64,000 nt of DNA from the human T2T-CHM13v2.0 reference genome, Homo sapiens, in NCBI GenBank assembly GCA_009914755.4, contig CP068257.2:41696001-41760000 (forward strand), written 5' to 3'. A model generated the notes under the pieces. The model ran no database searches and was not told the DNA's origin. It saw only the letters and a list, made by a program, of their open reading frames with translations. Both the position numbers and the translations under genes were made by a program. Of this stretch, positions 49,069 through 61,900 are shown in pieces; positions within the stretch are counted from its first letter, which is position 1; each line of letters opens with the position of its first letter.

Positions 49069-51458
49069 ACAAAAGAAGAGCTTCTTCCTTCCCCTCCCAT
49101 TCCCAGTCACCCATGAGACCCGTGGCTACCTGGTGGTGGCATGTGGGGCAAACGCCTGTGTTGACCACCTGGGAGGTTTGGTTTCCTCCACTAGAAAACT
49201 GGAGAGCTGAAAACATGTCCTTGTAGAACATGTGAAATGACCTCCTGGGGTGCCTGACGCTGCCCGTGCGGGCTCTGGCGATGCCTCAGTGGCTTCCTAA
49301 GACACCCTCCTTCACCCCGTACAGTCTCCGGTGCAGAGATGGACGAGCTGGGGGACTCAGGCAATTTCCCCCACAAAGTGTTGCAATGGATTGAGAACGC
49401 CTCCCGGAGTGTCTGAGGCCACCTGCATTTTCAGAAGAAAGTTCCACTTTCTTCAGAACAGATAACGTGGTGCTTTGACTGCCATTGTTATCTGCTGCAC
49501 CGAGTCAGGAGAGGCTGGGCCGTGACGTGACGCAGTAACAAGCAAACCTCCAAAATCTCACAGCTTAATCGCGCTACAGCGTATTTCTCTCTAGGGCAAG
49601 CAGCACACGGATTGTCAGGGCCCTCCTCCAGGGTCACTGGGGGGCCGGGTTCCCCATCTCCTAGTGCCGCCCTCACAGACATGCCTCCAGGGTCCCACGG
49701 CAGAGAGGGGCCTGTGGAGGAGGCATGCAACCTCTGAGTGTGTTGGCAAGCCGACTCATGGTCCTTCTGCTCAGAGCCCATTGGCCATGGCTGGTCACAT
49801 GGTCCCAACCTCACCTCGAGGGACGCTGGGCCTGAAGGAAAACACACAGAATATTTAGAGAATTCTCCTGCCCTTCCTCTATGGAAATGTGGGACAGCTG
49901 GGCATGTCTAAAATTAATTGGTTTTTAAGAATGTTCAGTAAGATCCCATCCTGGGAAGAAAACCCTATTTAAAAATATATCATATAGAATATATAAAACA
50001 TATACACATACAGATATAGACTGTGTGTGTTTTCTATTTCCATGTAGCAAATTACCCCAAAACTGAGCAGTGTAAAACAACAAACCTTCATTATCTTACA
50101 GTTTCAGAGGCTCCAGGATTTGGAAGAAGCCCAGTGGGGTGGCTGTGGCTCAGGATCTGGCACGAGGTTGCCGCCAGGACGGCAACACCTGCACGTGCGA
50201 CTGGGCTGGGGGATCCGTTTCCAAGGAAGCTTGCTCACATGGCTGCTGGGGAGAGGCCTCCAGTCCTCACAAGGCCATTGGTGGAGGCTGCAGCTCCTCA
50301 CAGGCTATTGGCGGGAGGCCTCAGTCCCTGGCCTCATAGGCTTCTCCACAAGGCTGCTTGAGCATTCTCCTAACATGGCGACTGTCTTCCCCCAGAGTGA
50401 CCCCAGGGAGAGCAAGGTGGGATCCACAAAGCCATTTGTGAACTAGGCTTGGACATCACTCACTGTCACACAGGCCAACTCTGATACAATGATACCAGGA
50501 CGCTGTGATGGCCAATTTCATGTGTCACCTTGACTGGGAAGAGGTGGCGAGATATTTGGCCGCATGTTCTCTAGGGTATCTGTGAGCTGTCTCTGGGTGA
50601 GATCAGCATTTGAGTTGAAGGACTGAGGAAAGTCCATGGCTGTCCCCTGCGTGGGCGGGCATCCTCCAATCCCTTGAAGGCCTGAGCAGAACAAAAGGCT
50701 GAGGGAGGGAGAGCCCACTTTCTCTGCCTGAAGGTCTTCAAGCTGATGGGATCTTGTCCAGCCTTCAGATTTGAACTCGGCTGCATCATCAGCTCTCCTG
50801 GGTCTCAGGCCTTCAGACTCAGATGGTGACATAGGCCCTCCTCCGTCTCCAGGTGGCAGGTCTCAGGACATCTCAGCTTCTGTAATCACATGAGCCAGTT
50901 CCCTGGAATAAATAAACCCGTCTCCTACTGCTTCTGTTTCTCCGGAGAACCCTGATGAATACAGCTATGGAGGCTGGCGGGGAAGACCCCAGAGACATCC
51001 TGGAGGCTCCCACAGAGAGAGGGGGGTGGTGCAGGGTTTTATTTCCAGTAGGAATTTTACTAGAGCAGCGGAATTGATGACTAAGGTCCACAGATGAAAA
51101 TGACAGAGGTTCCAAGCAACCCCCAACACCACCCAGCACAATCTCCACATTCTAAGAAACTCATTAGACCCAGACACACAGCCTGCAGGGCTGAGCAGGA
51201 CTGACCCGCCAGTCACCCAGCCGCAGCCCCAGCCTCTGTGTGGGGATAGGGAGGTCGGAGTCATCAGAGCTGGTGGCTCATCAGGGTACCAGCCCAGAGG
51301 GTGGAGGGGAGCGAGCAGGAGAGCACGCACACCTCTGTCCCCACCCCAAGTCTGGAGAGACAGCAGCCTCACCCCGGGGCAGGGGAGCATGAGCAGGACA
51401 GAAGATTCGAGCTTTCAGCTGGGCTGGGCTGCATTTCCACAGTTAAAAGTGAGCAGAC

Positions 51459-51749
<291 letters not shown>

Positions 51750-51892
51750 AAAGTGAGCAGACTCAGGGGAGTCTGTCCCAGGGGCTGTAAGGGACAAGGA
51801 GGGGAGTATGACGGGGCTGGCTGAAAGCTGCGATTGGCCAAAAGAAAGTAGTCTGTACTCATCCCAGGGCTGAGGCTGGGCCAGCAATAGTA

Positions 51893-52705
51893 TGTAGACA
51901 GCACGGCCCAGGCAGGTGACGGTGTGTAGACAGCACGGCCCAGGCAGGTGACGGTGTGTAGACAGCACGGCCCAGGCAGGTGACGGTGTGTAGACAGCAC
52001 GGCCCAGGCAGGTGATGGTGTGTAGACAGCACGGCCCAGGCCGGTGTCGGTGTGTAGACAGCACGGCCCAGGCAGGTGACGGTGTGTAGACAGCACGGCC
52101 CAGGCCGGTGTAGACAGCACGGCCCAGGCCGGTGTCAGTGTGTAGACAGCACAGCCCAGGCAGGTGACGGTGTGTAGACAGCACGGCCCAGGCAGGTGAC
52201 GGTGTGTAGACAGCACGGCCCAGGCAGGTGACGGTGTGTAGACAGCACGGCCCAGGCAGGTGACGGTGTCTAGACAGCACGGCCCAGGCAGGTGACGGTG
52301 TGTAGACAGCACGGCCCAGGCAGGTGACGGTGTGTAGACAGCACGGCCCAGGCAGGTGACGGTGTGTAGACAGCACGGCCCAGGCAGGTGACGGTGTGTA
52401 GACAGCACGGCCCAGGCAGGTGACGGTGTGTAGACAGCACGGCCCAGGCAGGTGACGGTGTGTAGACAGCACGGCCCAGGCCGGTGTAGACAGCACGGCC
52501 CAGGCCGGTGTCAGTGTGTAGACAGCACAGCCCAGGCAGGTGACGGTGTGTAGACAGCACGGCCCAGGCAGGTGACGGTGTGTAGACAGCACGGCCCAGG
52601 CCGGTGTCGGTGTGTAGACAGCACGGCCCAGGCAGGTGACGGTGTGTAGACAGCACAGCCCAGGCCGGTGTAGACAGCACAGCCCAGGCCGGTGTAGACA
52701 GCACG
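51893..52705. repeat. 32-bp minisatellite, ~25 copies (tgtagacagcacggcccaggcaggtgacggtg). Several units carry caggccggtgtc variants and several are short ~22-bp units.
   Basis: The period of 32 was verified from gcacggcc recurrences at 51901 and 51933. It is the source of the track ORFs 51681..52592(-) at 303 aa, 51725..52408(-) and 52270..52821(-). Confidence 0.95.
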
Positions 52706-52821
52706 GATGCAGCCGGGCTCCAGCTGCTCGGCCATGTCCGTGGCCTGCAGAATTCTAAGAAAAACAATGACAGGTAGTGTGTGTGTTCATCCATTCTCGC
52801 ATTATATAAAGAAATACACAA

Positions 52822-53346
<525 letters not shown>

Positions 53347-56300
53347 TCATGGTTCTGCTGGCTGTACAGGAAGCATAGCAGCATCAGCTTCTGAGGAGGC
53401 CTCAGGAAGCTTCCAATCATGGCAGGAGGCAACAGGGGAGCAGGTGTGTCTTCCATGGCCAGAGCAGGAGGAAGAGAGAAGAGAGAGTGGGGGCAAGGTG
53501 CACATGCTTTAAAATGACCAGATCTCACGAGAACTCACTGTTGTGAGGACAGTACCAAGGGGATGGTCCTAAACCATTCATGAGAAATCCACCCCCATGA
53601 GCCAACCGCCTCTCACCAGGCCCCACCTCCAACACTGGGAATGACAATTCTGCATAAAGTTTGGGTGAGACAGAGCCAAACCTTGTCAGTGTGCATGTAT
53701 TTGTCTGATTTAAGGAGCTAATTTATAGCCCAGTAAATAAAAAGAGAAGATGAAGAAAGGAGTTAGGAAGGGAAACGTTCAGACAGAGTGAGCTAGAAAC
53801 CCGTCCGACTACTGCAAACTGGGGTTGGTGCTGTTTCCCCACAATTAAGAGTAGGTGGGGCCTAGGGTGTCTTTGCAATCCTGTCGCTGCAGCTCCTCGT
53901 GGGGTGGGGGCAGGCTCAGTAGCCCCTGCTGAGCAGAGGGCCTCTCCAGGCCCTCAGGGACAGAGGGCCTTGGGAGGATGCACCCCCAGCCAGTGCAGGG
54001 AGGCTGAGGAAGCTCCCACTCAATGGCAACCACATTCATTTGGCCTCACAGTCCACCCCGGGACTTGGGCGGTCCTGTTAGCAATGACAGGCAGCAGAAA
54101 GCGTTTCCATGTAAATTCCTACAAAGCTCTGGCTCTCTTGCTCCGGCTTCTATGATTGGAGCCTGGAACACGGATTCGAAGGACCTTCAGTCAGAAAGGG
54201 GACCTGCCACCTTCACGGCAGCACCCAGAGAGCAGCTTCCACGGGGCTGGATCCAGGACCCTAAACCATGGCCCCGAGGCTCTGCCCCTCTGCCCAGGCT
54301 GACGCCACGTGTCCTGCCCAGAATAACCAAGGCAACCAGTGACCGTGTCCGGTTCAGATCTGCTCTCCCACTGTTCCCAAATGAGCTTCGCAGGCCAGAG
54401 GTTTTGACTTGGAACTGAGCGAGATGAAAACTGTGAGAAGGGCCCCAGGGCAAGGAAGCCCTTCCCTCCCCCGCGGTCAATTCTGCTGCAAAATTTATTC
54501 CTGTCCCTCCAGGCCACCAGCGGAGGGAGAGCCAAGGCCCAGGAGGCTGCATGAAGAAACCCCGGCCACCACACCGTGTCCCCAGGGCCCACATGCTCCA
54601 CTCTCTTTGGTCAAAGAGTCCCTGGTGCAGCGGGGTGACTGGTCCATAAAGATTGTGTCCACTTATGCGCCAGGCACGGGCAAGGGGCTGGGGATACCGA
54701 GAGCCTGGAAATGCACAACCCTCCATCACAGTGCTCGCCCATTTGGCTGGGGAGGTGCACACACTGCCCAGCCTCCGTCCTCCCCTTTGCAAGGCAGCAG
54801 ATAAGTCTCCCTTTTCTATAGGCTGACCCTATCCTGTTATAAGGAGGCGCGTGCTCCCTCGCCAGCCGCAGTGATCAGTCCTGGGAGCTCACACAGCCCA
54901 AGCTACACCATTGGAAGTCCCTGGGAGACTTGTCCACAGAGTGAAGGGAAAAACGGCCTCTTCTCATCAGGGCTGCTAACCTGGGATTGCCAGAGGCCAT
55001 CCCCCACTGCATGGAGAGAGAGCTGACACCCTGAATGAAGTCAAGTAAAGACAAGCAGGGCTGAGATGCCGGGAGAGAGACAGAGCTTTGAGTGCATTAT
55101 TGAGGTCCTGGATCCAGCCATGCCTGCAGCTGCGCCTGGGTGAGATAGTTATAATAAGCCAACAGGCTCCCTTTTGGCTTACGTTCATCTGAGTTGGGAT
55201 TCTGCACCAAGAGAGCTCTCCCTACCGCAGATAGGACAGCACTCCTGCAGTAATGCCGGATTAATACAATAGGTGCGCAGACAGGGGTGTGCAGAGGTGC
55301 TGTGGAAATAAGGCGGTAGGCAGGACTCAGGTCTTAAAGGATGACAGCAGCTCTCCAGGCAAAGGCCCTCAGAGGGTTCCAGGCAAGAAAACTGCATGAG
55401 CCTCAGGGAGAGGCAAGGGAGCAGGTCGGGGCACATACAGTTCACAGTGGCCATGAGGGCCGCATGCAGGCCACAGGCAGTGGAGGGGGCGGGTGCAGGA
55501 AGGCAGAGGGTGATGGTGGGAGCAGCACCTCCACTTTCCATCTTGGAGCAGAGAGGTGGTTAAACACCCACGACACACACTCACAGCAACCAGACATAAT
55601 TCACAAATAGCCCCTCCTGTGTTCTCTCCCAGCAGTGTGAGGGGGACGCAGAACCAGTGTCTCCTCTTAAAATCCCCGAACCCTCCCGCTGGCTGGCCCT
55701 GAGCAGCAAAGAGGACACCTGCGCGGCCTTCCTCTCCCGGCCCCTAACTGAGCCACGGCTACATCCCGCTCCTCCCACCAAAGCTCTTCGGCCAGTCAGC
55801 CCTCAGGCTCCAGCGCGGCTCGGAGGGGCCTGCCCCTGGTATAGCGCCCATGGTCACTGTCGGACACTCTTAAAACAACGGCCGTGTTTCTGTTCTGCGC
55901 TGGGCCCTGAAGCTCATGTCATCAGCCCTGCCGGCTGTGGGGCTCCCGGATTCTCTGACCTTGACCCATGCTGCAGCCACTCCGCCTGTTTCCTGGGGCT
56001 GGTTTACACCCCGAGATGCAGGGAAGGCCCAGCTGCGGAGCCCCAGGGAGGCCAGGAGCTGTTCACAACTCCAGGAAGCCACACTGGGCCTCAGTTGACG
56101 AAGAAGGCGACACCTTCGTGTGGGCCTTGCCTGCTAATCGGTGTCCTCAACCCAAGGGCACAGGCGCCGCTCCCAGGCCGCGCAGGCAGAGTAGAGCTGG
56201 GGTGGATGGCAGGCTTCAGGGACCCAGCCCCGATGAGTCACTTGGAAGGCATTTGCCCCAGAGCTTCCCTGGCCACTGCGCCTCCTCCCGCCCCAATCCA

Positions 56301-57254
56301 GCCCCATCTGGGTCCGAGCCTCTGGAGAGGAGCTGGCAGGTCAGGATGCGGTTCCCGTGCTCTTGCCTGTGTGTGGGGACCCGAAAGCCAGGCTGGTGGC
56401 CGAGGATGGCGAGCACAGCCCCAGCCCCTCGGCCTAGCGGGAGCTTCACGGGACGGTGCTCCCCCCACACCGTGGTGTTGCTTCTGTGGCCCCCTTCAGG
56501 GCCCACAGAGGGAAGGGGCCTGGCTCTCCCACGGGGCCTCTGTAATATTTAACCATAAACCAAGGCTGCGGGGAACCCCCAGTTTGCAGTAAACTTCCAT
56601 TTCTCTCCACTGGATGCGCAGGACTCCACTCAGCCAGGTAGGAGAATCTGCACTCACCTGGTTTCCGGAGCAAGGAGGCTGATGGCATCAGGGACTACCT
56701 CCCCTCAGCTTCCTCGGGCCACGCAGGAGTCCCCGGCCCGCCTCCTCCAAGACAGTGTGCGCATTTTGCCCGAGACAACACGGGCCTCAGACCGGGTACC
56801 GTGCCCAAGCACACACGGGCACACGCCCCTCCCACCTCCGGGCCATGTCCTGCCAGAGTCCACCCTCCTGGGCACAGGGCAAGCTCAGCTCTCAGCTCTC
56901 CCTGCCTGGCTGGCAGCAGCTGCAGCAGGTCACACCAGCAGCTTGGGCTCCCAAGAGCCTCGGGACCCCAGAACCACAGGTGGCCTGGCCTCTGGGGATG
57001 GTCGGGGGCTGAGCGTGAGACCCCAGCTGGGTGGCAGAGGCTCCAGTACTGAGGATTCCAGGCTGTGGTAGCACTCCACTGCAGGCCGACCTGCAGGCCA
57101 GGAGGAAGGGGCCCGCCGCCCAGGGTGTCTGTTCTAAGGAGCGCAGGGACAGGGCCTCCCCTGCAGGCGAGGCCACAGAGTGGGCCACCTCCTCCTCCCT
57201 GACCCCTCCTCCCAAGGGGCTTATCCTCCTCTGCAGGGCTGGTGTTACTCCCCC

Positions 57255-57725
57255 AAAGCCATCACCCCCCTGTGTCACCTCCTCCCGTGGCCACTTGGAG
57301 AAGTGGTCATTGTGGTCACTCCCCACTGTGGTCACCTCCCCCCAGGTGACCTCCCCACCAGGTCAATTCCCCACCAGGTCACCACCCTACTATGGCCTCC
57401 TCCCCCAGAAGTCACTTCCTCCTGTGGCCAGCTCCCCACTGTGGTCATCTGCCCCCACATAACCTGACACTGTCAGGTCATCTCCCCGCTGTGATCACCT
57501 CCCCCAGAAGCCACCCCTTCCCGTGGTCACCTCCCACCAGGGTGTCTCCCCCCAGGTCACCTCCCCACCAGGTCACCTCCTCCTGTGGCCAGGTCCCTGT
57601 TGTGGTCATCTGCCCCAGGTATCTCCTCATCAGGTCATCCTCCCCTGTGGTCACCTCCCCCAGAGGCCACCTCTCCCTGTGGTCACCTCCCTCCCAGGTC
57701 ACCTTTCCCCCAGGTCACCTCTACC
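57255..57725. repeat. Degenerate ~12-15-bp minisatellite (ccaggtcacctcccc / tgtggtcacctccc motifs), ~470 bp
   Basis: The core ggtcacctcc recurs more than 20 times. It is the source of the proline-rich track ORFs 57031..57462(+), 57392..57877(+) and 57523..57816(+). Confidence 0.85.
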
Positions 57726-58249
57726 CCACACTCATGCTGACCAACATGAGGTGCCCTTCTCCTGCCGGGAGCCCGCCCGGTCACCAACACTCCCCCTGGG
57801 GCTCTCTGGCTCCTGACCTGGAGTCACTAGGGCCAACCCCATCAGACATGCTGGACAACTTTATGTGGGTCACTTAATGCCTCTGAACCTCAGCTTCCTC
57901 TTCTGCACGATGGAGACAAAAACATTTGCTCTTCAAGCCTGTGGTAGGGACCAGGTCAGAGTAAACAGGAAGACAGCTTTCGGCCAGGCGGTGCACCTCG
58001 GTGCCGGTGAGTGTGAGCGTGTGTGCGTGTGCACGTGTGCAGATGTGTGTGGACGCTCCCTTCTCCGCAGCAGCTCCTGACCCCCTGCAGGTGACCCTCA
58101 GCCAGCCCCAGGGCTGCCCCCACTCTCCCCTGTGGACACCTACCTCATTTGGGGTGAAGTGGGGGGACTGGGGTGTGAGGGGTGCTTTGGGGGGCACACT
58201 TCGACCCCTCTCTCTGCAGGCCAAGTCCTGAGGCTCAGTTTCCTCCTCT

Positions 58250-58960
58250 GTGCCCCGGCGACGTGGTGCAGGCCTCGCGAGTGACGTGAGGGTTCATGAC
58301 CCAGGTGTGGGCAGCCAGCCCTTCACGGGAGGCCACCCACCTGGCCACAGTGCCTGGGAATTTAGGTCGGGCACTGCCGATATGTCGCCTTCCACAAGGC
58401 GGGCCCGGGCCTCTGCTGACCGTGCACCGGTCCTGGGGCTGGGTAATTCTGCAGCAGCAGCGCAGCCCATGCCGGGGAATTTGCGGGCAGAGGAGACAGT
58501 GAGGCCCGCGTTCTGTGCGGGAACTCCCGAGCTCACAGAGCCCAAGACCACACGGCTGCATCTGCTTGGCTGACTGGGCCAGGCCCACGCGTAGTAACCC
58601 GGACGTCTCTCTCTCACAGTCCCCTTGCGTCTGGCCAGGGAGCTGCCAGGCTGCACCCCGCGGTGGGGATCGGGAGAGGGGCAGTGTCGCCCATCCCCGG
58701 AAGGCTGAGCCTGGTGCAGCCAGGGAGTGAGGGGGCGGGAAGCCGGGGTGCTGCCCTGAGGGTGCCCCGACGCGCTCTCCTGGGGCCCTGAGCGGCTGCC
58801 ACGTGCGTCCAGGGTTCTGGCCACAGGGTGGGCAGGGGCCCTGTGCTCCTCACTGGAGGCCCCTGAGGCTCTGGAACTGAGACCATCCACCCGCCGGCCC
58901 CCTCTCGCCGGCTCCGGCACCCCTGCCTACTGTGACTTCCTGCCCCGGACTCGCTCTGCC
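58250..58960. promoter_or_regulatory. CpG-island-like segment, about 45 CpG in 700 bp (ccccggcgacgtggtgcaggcctcgcgagtgacgtg ... ccccgacgcgctctcc ... cgccggctccggcac)
   Basis: CpG dinucleotides counted by eye. Their density is well above the CpG-depleted bulk of the window. Confidence 0.4.
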
Positions 58961-61900
58961 AGCTTGGGGCAAACCACTTCCCTCTGGGGTTTTCACTTCC
59001 CTCTTTCCCAAGTGGGGAAAGACCACCTGTCCCCGACCCAGAAAGGGCCCCTGCCCGAGGGCAGCAGCAGTGCCAGGCTGGCATGTGAGGCTTGGGGCAG
59101 GCCCGGCCCCCAGAGGCACAGGGGGATGCTCTGTGGGACGCTGTGTCGTTTCTAAGTACAAGGTCAGGAGAGGAGCCCCCTGACCCCGGAGGGGAGGAGA
59201 GGCAGGGCAGGAAACCGCCACCATCTCAGCCCACAGGCCTGGCTGCTGGGAGTTGCTGACAGCCCGCTCCTCCGGGGCCCCCAGGCCCAAGGCCACCCTG
59301 GGGTGTAGCTGTCCGCTAGGCCCTCTGTGCTCCCGGTCAACAGACCCACAGGGCCTGCTTGGCGGAAGGGGAGGGGTGTTAAGAATCAGCCCCCACAGAA
59401 AGCATTGCCAGGGGATTTTGTACCAAACCGAATGCACGGGTGGACGGGCAGGGCCTGTGGATGCGTAGGCCAGAGGGAGCGGAGCGATGACAGGGAGCCC
59501 CCGGGGTGGGCACGGAGCACAGTCCTTTCCCTCCCAGCAGGCACCTCCCACAGCCTCCCCACCTGCCCTCCGCCATCCCAGGTCGCCCCGACCCATCTGC
59601 TGGGGTCCTCACCCGCAGCCCATGAGTCTGGCCGCCAGGACGAGTGCCTATCAGCAGCCTAGACCCTGACCGCTGGAAGGTTGGGTTCTGTGGCCCAGGA
59701 GCAGTACCTGGCGTGCCAGGAATGAGCCCCTCTCACCACAGCCTCACACCCAGCCCCAGTCACACCACTGGGGACCGGGCTGGCCCCGGACACAGGCCCA
59801 CCAGTTCCTCCACCCCTGATTAGGCCCTTCTGTGGTTGGGGTGGGGTAAGCCCTGCCCTGCCTTGCCCCAGAGGCCTTCCACCTCCATTCCTGCCCTCCC
59901 TGGCCTGCCCTGAGTGGCCAACTCCCCACGAGGTTTGCCCCCTGCTGAAACCCTCCCCATGCCCGGCTGGCACCGCTGTCCCATCCAGCAGGAGCAGCCC
60001 CTCCCAGCCAGAGCCTGCCCTCACAGTGGCTTCCCTCGCCGTGTCCAGGGCAAGGCGCCCCTCCCACCCCCAGCAGCCCTGCGAGGCTAAGGTCCCAGAA
60101 GCCTGGGGGAGACCCAGGAGCCATTTCCCAGGACGTAGCGGGGGCTTCCGGGCAGCCTGAGGAGGAGGGAAACGGAGCTTGTGTGGGTTCAGCAGGAACA
60201 GGCAGCCCGTGTCCCCCCTTGGGTCCAGCCTTCTGAGAGTCCCGCCTGCCAAGGCCCTCACCTCCCAGGGAAAGCACTTCACTTCAGTGCAGCTCCTTGC
60301 TGCGACAGCCAAGAGCCCCCAGAACAGCTCCGAGGAGGTCGCAGGACATAAGAAGCCCCAAGGTTGTTTCTGGGGGCCATGGGGGAGGAGAGCCCTGGGG
60401 CACCCCACAAAGAGGAGGAGGCAGAAGTGGGCAGGGAAGGGGAGGCTGTGGAGTCGCGGATCCCACCCGCAAGCAAGGGCTCTGCGCGCTGTTTTCTGTG
60501 TCTCTCCATCTGCCTCTGTCTACCCCAACAGGGAGGATGTGTTTATTTAAAGATGCCGCTACTCACAGCAGAAGTGTCTGTTTCAAAGCAGAAATATGAT
60601 CCTGTTTGGGTTGGAGGAGGGAGTCATTCCATGAGGAAAATATTTCTTCTTTACAAAAAGAGGGCCCTGGAGCGTGGAGAGGGCAGGAGGGCGGACACCA
60701 CGGGGCAGCTGAGAACTGGAAGCGGGGATTCTGGGCTCTGGGGCTAGGACCCCGGCCCAGGCTCTTCCCTGATAGCCCTGGTGACTCAACGCGTGGGTCT
60801 TTTGTCCTTCACGGATAGGAACCGGCGTGTTTGGGCTTCTTAGTTTCCTGTGGCTGCCGAAATTCATTCCATCACAATTCTGGAGGCCAGAAGTTCAAAA
60901 TCAACATGTGGGCAGAGCCACGCACCCTCCATGGGTTCTAGCGGAAGATCCTTCCCTGCCTCGTCCATCTCTTCCAGCTCCTGGTGGCCCTTGGCTTGTG
61001 GCTGTGCCACTCCAGTCTCCGTCTTCACGTCCGTCCCCCTCGTGCCCGTGACTCTGGGTCCCAATTTCCCCTCCTGTCAGGTGTCTCTGTGACAGGACCC
61101 CTGTCACACAGGGATTAGGCCCACCTTGCTCAAGTATGACCTCATCTTAACTTGATGACTTCTGCACAGACTCTATTTTCAAATGAGATCACGGCAGGTG
61201 CCAGCGCTTAGGACCTGGACATACCATCTTGGGGGCACAATTCAACCCATAATACCCTCCTTCTTAAAAAGAAAGTGAAAGTGGAGGCCGACCTTGAAAC
61301 GCCAAGGCCTTCCTCCTGCGGGGGCGGGGTGGGAGAGGGGCCTGGCCACCCGCTGAGCCCCGCTCTCAGGCAGCATCTCTGGTGGTAGGAGGGGCCCTGG
61401 GGGGCAGCACAGGCAACAAAACCCAGGATGCCCTAGAGGCCCGTCACTGCCCAGGGGGCTCTGAGGTCCGGCTGCAGCATCAGGGTCTGACCCGCTCGGA
61501 CATTTACCGCCTCTGTGATCTGGACTGAAGGCTTCAACCTTTAGTTCTCCCTCTGTGAAGTGCGCTGACAGAGAGGCCTTGGTGAGGTCACCGGGACAGC
61601 TTGCCCGTGCCCAGCGAGGGAAGGAGGAAGATGGGGCCGGCCACTCCGCTCAGCTGCAGGACGACACCCTTATGTACTTCCCAGCTAACCTGAGACCTCA
61701 GTTTCCCCATCTGCACCCCTGTGAGGACAAAATCTCTGCTTTGCTCCCCACCTTACCCACGCATGAGGCCTCACCCTTTGACACAGCAAGATGAGCCCCA
61801 GGAACGGGAGGTGGGAGAAGGCAGCCTAGCCAGCCTCTACATCCAGAGGCCCACACCCCCAGCCTTGCGTCTGGGGAACGTCCCAGAGTCCAACCATCTC

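Noticed and set aside
55657-56592. A 311-aa plus-strand ORF and similar 200-290-aa ORFs elsewhere (for example 23291..24166 on the minus strand, and 5885..6553 on the minus strand)
   Set aside because: The sequence is GC-rich and stop-codon-poor. The translations are low-complexity P/G/A/R/S-rich with no recognisable domain motifs, and the overlapping antisense frames are also open. This is the expected background in 60-65% GC human DNA and gives no evidence for a gene.
57031-57877. Proline-rich repeat ORFs (143-161 aa) that could suggest a PRR or mucin-like coding VNTR
   Set aside because: They overlap the degenerate ccaggtcacctcccc minisatellite, and three frames are open at once. They lack a Kozak-context ATG followed by non-repeat sequence, and no splice-site evidence can be established by eye. 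I keep the possibility of a coding VNTR exon only as an untested alternative.
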